Shown here piece by piece: positions 58,396-64,000 of a stretch of 64,000 nt of DNA. This DNA comes from Lytechinus pictus. Its lineage: Eukaryota. A model generated the notes under the pieces. That model had not been told where the DNA came from. It made no database searches and saw only the letters and a program-made list of their open reading frames with translations. How positions within the stretch are numbered: the first letter of the stretch is position 1; every line of letters begins with the position of its first letter. The position numbers and the translations under genes were made by a program. Location of the stretch: contig NC_087245.1 of NCBI RefSeq assembly GCF_037042905.1, forward strand, positions 17,796,001 through 17,860,000. The letters are read 5' to 3'.

Positions 58396-61300
58396 TTAAA
58401 TTAAATACAGAAGTTCATAGTGCACACCTTCATGTATTAATGAAGAAACACTCCAGTCACTAAATAATTACATACTGATATATATTTTATTAATGGGTTA
58501 TGTTATGATAAAATTACAATCCAAAACTTGATATGTTTGTGATCCTTGTTTCATACAACTGGTGAAATAAACATTCCCTACAATGTGATCAGGTGGATCA
58601 CTTGAGCATATATCGACTTAAAAGACGTAACTCATCCATTATGAAAATTTGCTTCGAGTCAGGCAAAAATTTGACTCTCTGGAAGGTAAACTTGTTCAGA
58701 TTCAACTCTTTATCACCATCACAAACATTTGGATAGTATTGCAAAATATAATCGTACTCAACTCGGTTATTAAGGCTCAACATAAATCTGTACATGCAGG
58801 TTTGTTATGGTAGTAATTCACTGGACTTCTGAGATTTGTAACACAAAGCTCATATGTACAATATCTGGGGCATTGCCAATGGCTTTGCCTTTGGTCTACA
58901 TTTATGTTCAAGTTATCTGCATCATATGAGATCTTGCATGGACCCAAGGAAAACAAGGGCCCGTCTTACAAAGAGTTGCGATTGATCCGATCAATCGCAA
59001 CTATGGAAAGCCAGCAAAGTCAACATATTAAATGCACGTTTGTTCAAAAAAAATTCTAGATATGAATGTATATCCATAAATTCATTGGTTTCTTGACAAT
59101 TTGGTGTGTTCTCCTTTTTTTACAAAGGACATTTTGCAAATTTCCTGTAAATGACACTGATGGTTTTCCATAGAGTTACGATTGATCTGATCAACCACAA
59201 CTATGGACGGCCAGCAACGTCAACATCTATTATACATGTTTGTTCAAAATATTTTTAACTATGATGTATATTCATGCATTCTTTGTTTTATTGAAAATTC
59301 ACTGCTTCTCTTTGTTTACAAAGGACATCGTACAAATTTTCTGTAGAAAAAATTATGACACTGATGGATTTCCATAGAATTACGATTGATTGGATCAATC
59401 GTAACTCTTTGTAAGACGGGGCCTGGTCATACAGAGGCTGTGCTAAGATTGTATAAAAGAGATTGTGCAGCAACCCTGGGTTCTCCTTAGCCTCTGCACA
59501 CAAATAATACAGAGAATGTATATTCCATGCAGAAGCTGCATAGAAATCCAAGAGGCCTTAAAATAGAACTCGATACAGACCTGTAAATTTTGATAATACT
59601 TAATTACATGTACTGCAAAATTACATGATATTACATTGAGCCAATTTACCACTTGAATAACTTAAAGTCCTCTGCATATATGTTAAACAATAACATAAAA
59701 CACACAGAGCTGTATTCTGAAGTTAGGTTTAACTTCGACTGTGGTCTAACTTGGTGCTTAAATTATGGGGAGCCAAAAACTCAAAAGTTCTGCTTAATTT
59801 GTATATTTCTGAAATTTACTATTTTGTTTAATTTTGCTTTCATAATGAAGAAAATATTTCAGTTATCATTCTGAGACAGTTATAAATGATTTGAGGGTCA
59901 TAAGAGTTAATAAATCGAACATGTAATAGAGATTTGTGCCGCATTTGGCTCTCCATAGTTAAACTAAAACTTCAAACCAGGTTTTAATTTATACCAGAGT
60001 TCAGAATAAGGGCCAGAAAATCTATGTTGTAATGATTAAAATGATTACAGCATCTCCCAACCTAGGCAGCACTGAGAAAATGTGTGTGACTCATCACTTG
60101 GCTCAAGAAAATTTTGAAGAGTGGAAGAAAGCCTGCTCTTAAAATTAATTCTAGGTTGTGAATAGCTTTACAATCACACAAGAATATAAAGCGCATGAAT
60201 AGCAAGGGGGAAAAGTCATCCACAAGAGAAGAAGTGGATGCTTATCACTAGACAGGAATTTTCATATTTGTTATTTACATCATTCATACCTGTTCATATC
60301 TGAATGGTAGTAGACAATTAGTTACAAAGGCAGATTTGAGTAATAAGTAGTACTGCTCAAAGTTTATAACTAGCCATTCCACATACATGTACTTGTTAAA
60401 CATTCGAAAATAAAACTAGCCATATCGTTGGCCACGTTTATATCTTACTTGAAACACAAAATAAAATAAGAGAATTCTAAAATCATGACTGGGTGCATAT
60501 ATACATACAAGAGCATCTTAAATAAGAACAAATATTGATGTTGATTTTATTAGCATGACTGCACTTACATGTATTTTTCACATATTCAATTTGGTCAATA
60601 CTATGTATACCTTGTTTCTGATAGAGACAAACACTATGGAAAGACTCAAATACACTAACTATTTGCAAATGATAGAAAAGTGGGTTATTTCAATTTGGGT
60701 TGCAGTTTTCCTCTTATTCTGTTATATGTGTTGGAAGGGTAGTGTGAACATGATGTCTTGTAACACTTGCCAATGTCATGATTGAATACATGATATCAAA
60801 AAGGAGCATCTCTTGACAAAATATTATAATGATAACAAGTTATAAAATATATATCCCAGGTTTTGAGACATTCCTAAAGAAAGACTACATATTTTCAGTT
60901 CATGAGGTAGAAAAAAAAACATTTTTTTTAATATAAAGGTATAAGTCCCTCCTTGCACTTTGATACTATTCATTTTCTTTACATACGTACATTACTTTGT
61001 TTCGTAAGGTAGGTGTACTTTGCTTTCAATCTAGCCACTGGCAAAACACCTGACATGTTCTGATTGTATAGGACTCCTCATCATAAATGTATCTTCCTGA
61101 TTGAGTGGCTGTGAATATATGTAAAAGTATACATTTCTCTGTTCAATCAGGAAAGACTGACTGTGATTGCTCCCAACCTTTCTACTTTTCCTATATTCTT
61201 GCCTCCTCCTCTTATTTTGTCATAATCTTAATCTAAAACATGATAAATTCATCAAATTCTAACAACCATCAGTGTGGAATAAATATATTGCATAGATATA

Positions 61301-62395
61301 GTCAATGGAATGAATTACCTTGGAGTGCTATCCAAAATCCATTACATATTATACTTAAAAACAAACTTAAAAGTACAAAGCTCTTTTTATAATAAACATA
61401 TATGTTACAAATAGTTTAATTCAAATATATCAAAAATAAATACACTTTCTAACAAAATCATCAGATTATGATTGATTTCTATAATAAATTGAAATGGCAG
61501 ATGGCAATATAATTCTTAATTTAAGAGCAGTGTAGGATTATCTCTTCATTCACACTTAAATGCTTGAAAATGAAGTTTGTTTAGTGACAGGGTTTAGGGT
61601 TATAGTGTACCATAATTTTCAAAAGCTGACACAAAATTCTTGAAATAAATAAAAAACACCTTAAAATATGTTGATTGAATATAGAGCCCTTTATCAACAA
61701 CATTATGTTGTATAGGAGGGTATATACTGAACATTAAAAATCTGAGTCTAAAATCTCTGCAATTTGGAGCTTAATATTGCAAACCAAATATATAATTTTG
61801 AGGATATAACATTGCACTTTAATAACGATATAACTAGAACTCCCCCCCCCCCTCCCACATTTCTTTTCATCCCATTCAATATTAACCACATTTTGTGGTT
61901 TGTTCAATTATGTTTACTCCCCACTAATCACTAGAGGCCCATTGCAATTCATCAATATATTTCATTTAATAACAGTGTAACTTTGAATGAAAATAAGCAC
62001 TTAAATCAATAATTTGGCAACAGGATTTCAACTAAGAAATTGTTGTTTTCACATGCAAAATTTGAGCAAAAACATTAACTTGTTATATACAATTAATATT
62101 AATCTCTTTATTATTTAGAATATATAGAATTCCAAAATAAAGAAAAACATAAATATTGCTGATTTGATTAATAAAAAGTGATCACAGAATGCTAAATATG
62201 ATTCATTGTCATTAACAGGTTGGTATATGTAATACATATACACATTCTTGGGATGAGTAATAATATGGAATGCAGAAACAATAAGTTTGTTGTTTACCAC
62301 TTTCGATTGTGCAAACACTACAGTGCAACACATTAAAAAAGATAAGAAAATTGCATACTTCTTAATATTATATGACAAAACACCATTTGTAAGTC

Positions 62396-62595
62396 TTAAA
62401 GAACTCCCTTCTCTGACTTAGGTCTTTTTTCCATCCTCTTCTTCTGTTTCCTGAACAGTATACCAGGCACTAGAGCGACAACAGCCATTGCTGCCAATTT
62501 GAGCATTGTTGTAGTGGTTAAGACATCTCGAACAGATGTGATTTCAGACAGCAGAGAACCTGTCTGCACACATATGAAGTTATAAGGCATCAGAC
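62396..62595 (-). CDS. TMEM41A: TMEM41A last coding exon
   Basis: GLMPYNFICVQTGSLLS...LKLAAMAVVALVPG...GVL*; atcag acceptor, phase 1 matching the upstream exon, TAA at 62398-62396. Confidence 0.93.
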
Positions 62596-63779
62596 CTGAT
62601 ATAAACAAGGATTTTTGTTCAAAAGTTTAAGGAATCATACATGTACATGAATTGAAAATGCAAATTATATTCTCTTACTTTAGTGAATTCCGTAGCAACT
62701 TAGGAAAGATTTCATCAACATCAAGAGTCTATAAACTGTACTCTTGCACATTTGTATGTGTTCCCTGACCTACTGCTTACTGATCATGAGTTATATCGTA
62801 AAAACGCTGGTTTACATTTTATTTCAAGATGATCAAATGCAATGCAATGAATGCATGACAGGCAGGCCTCAGTGTGAATTTGCTAACCTCGCAAATATCT
62901 ATATTAAATGTGTCTCCTTGATATTCCTATAGGAATTTACAAATTTCCTGACACTTGAAGTTTTTGCTTCAAGAAAACATGTATGACATTTCCATAAAAT
63001 CCGGATTTTTTTTAATCATTTTCAAGACATAACTCTTCAAGTCCATATGATGAGATAAGTCCTTTTGATGTTTTAGATTGAGCAAGCAATTGAAAGCTGG
63101 AGCTCAAAAGAAAGGACTTTTTGGAGCCAAGAATGTCTGTTATACAGTGGGGCCCTCGAGAAATGTTGCATTATGGGTAAGGATCCAGGAAGTATTTCAG
63201 CTGTTCTGGGGCCTCATAACATAAAGCTTTGCAACTGATCATGGAGCTGATTTTTATGATTGATTACATTGATTATTGTGCATGATCAATACACCAGTTC
63301 AGAGTTATCTCATGGGCATTTTTTGTCAAGTGACCTTTCATTTCTTTCATTATGATAGGCAGATTTCAAACCAAAACATAATGTAAGCATGCCTTACATA
63401 GCAGGATGCAGAAATTGCATAGACCAGGTAATTAAAATAGCACACAATGAACACTCTAAGAAGGTATTTGTTGCATTTGTACTATGAATGCATTAGCATG
63501 TTGTTGTATCAATGTACTTGGCCTACTGTGAAATACCAGTCCCTAATGGACGCATTTTTGTTTTTTTGTGGATCCAATGAAAAACCCAATGCAAAAGAAT
63601 ATATGAATAATCAAGATACCAAAGTTGGCGCTTTTCTCATTAAATATTGAACCGCCATGTCACTTTAGTACAGATGACCTCCTTCTGATCATGCGCAGAA
63701 TGGAACTACGAACTGGCTTATTGTATAAATCAGCCTCACGATCAATTGCTTAGCTTTATGTCACAGGGCCGATGACTCA

Positions 63780-63998
<219 letters not shown>

Positions 63999-64000
63999 GA

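Noticed and set aside
62396..62440. C-terminal di-lysine ER retrieval signal in TMEM41A
   Set aside because: The tail is KSEKGVL, with lysines at -4 and -7, not the canonical -3/-4 or -3/-5.

Overview
AT-rich, repeat-dense eukaryotic genomic DNA from an invertebrate deuterostome. A sea urchin is most likely, inferred from the receptor sequence and repeat landscape but not verified. The main feature is a complete spliced thyroid hormone receptor (NR1A) gene on the + strand. I reconstructed 9 coding exons (12659-50605) with GT-AG boundaries and consistent phases, giving 1173 nt / 390 aa; the first two micro-exons are less certain than the DBD/LBD exons. The last two exons of TMEM41A lie convergently on the - strand (62396-63995). 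The rest is non-autonomous DNA transposons (hAT-, Tc1/mariner-, Kolobok-, piggyBac- and Harbinger-like, a fold-back element, Helentron-like elements), a tRNA-derived SINE, a LINE RT relic, a fibrinogen-domain pseudo-exon and two recent tandem duplications. The most interesting signal is a set of nuclear-receptor response elements in the receptor's own introns: a DR4/TRE cluster at 43808-43949, a DR4 at 15430, a perfect DR5 at 16747, a RORE, and transposon-borne DR1+DR4 sites. The receptor also has a ligand pocket that diverges from vertebrate TRs. Most entries in the supplied ORF track are spurious.
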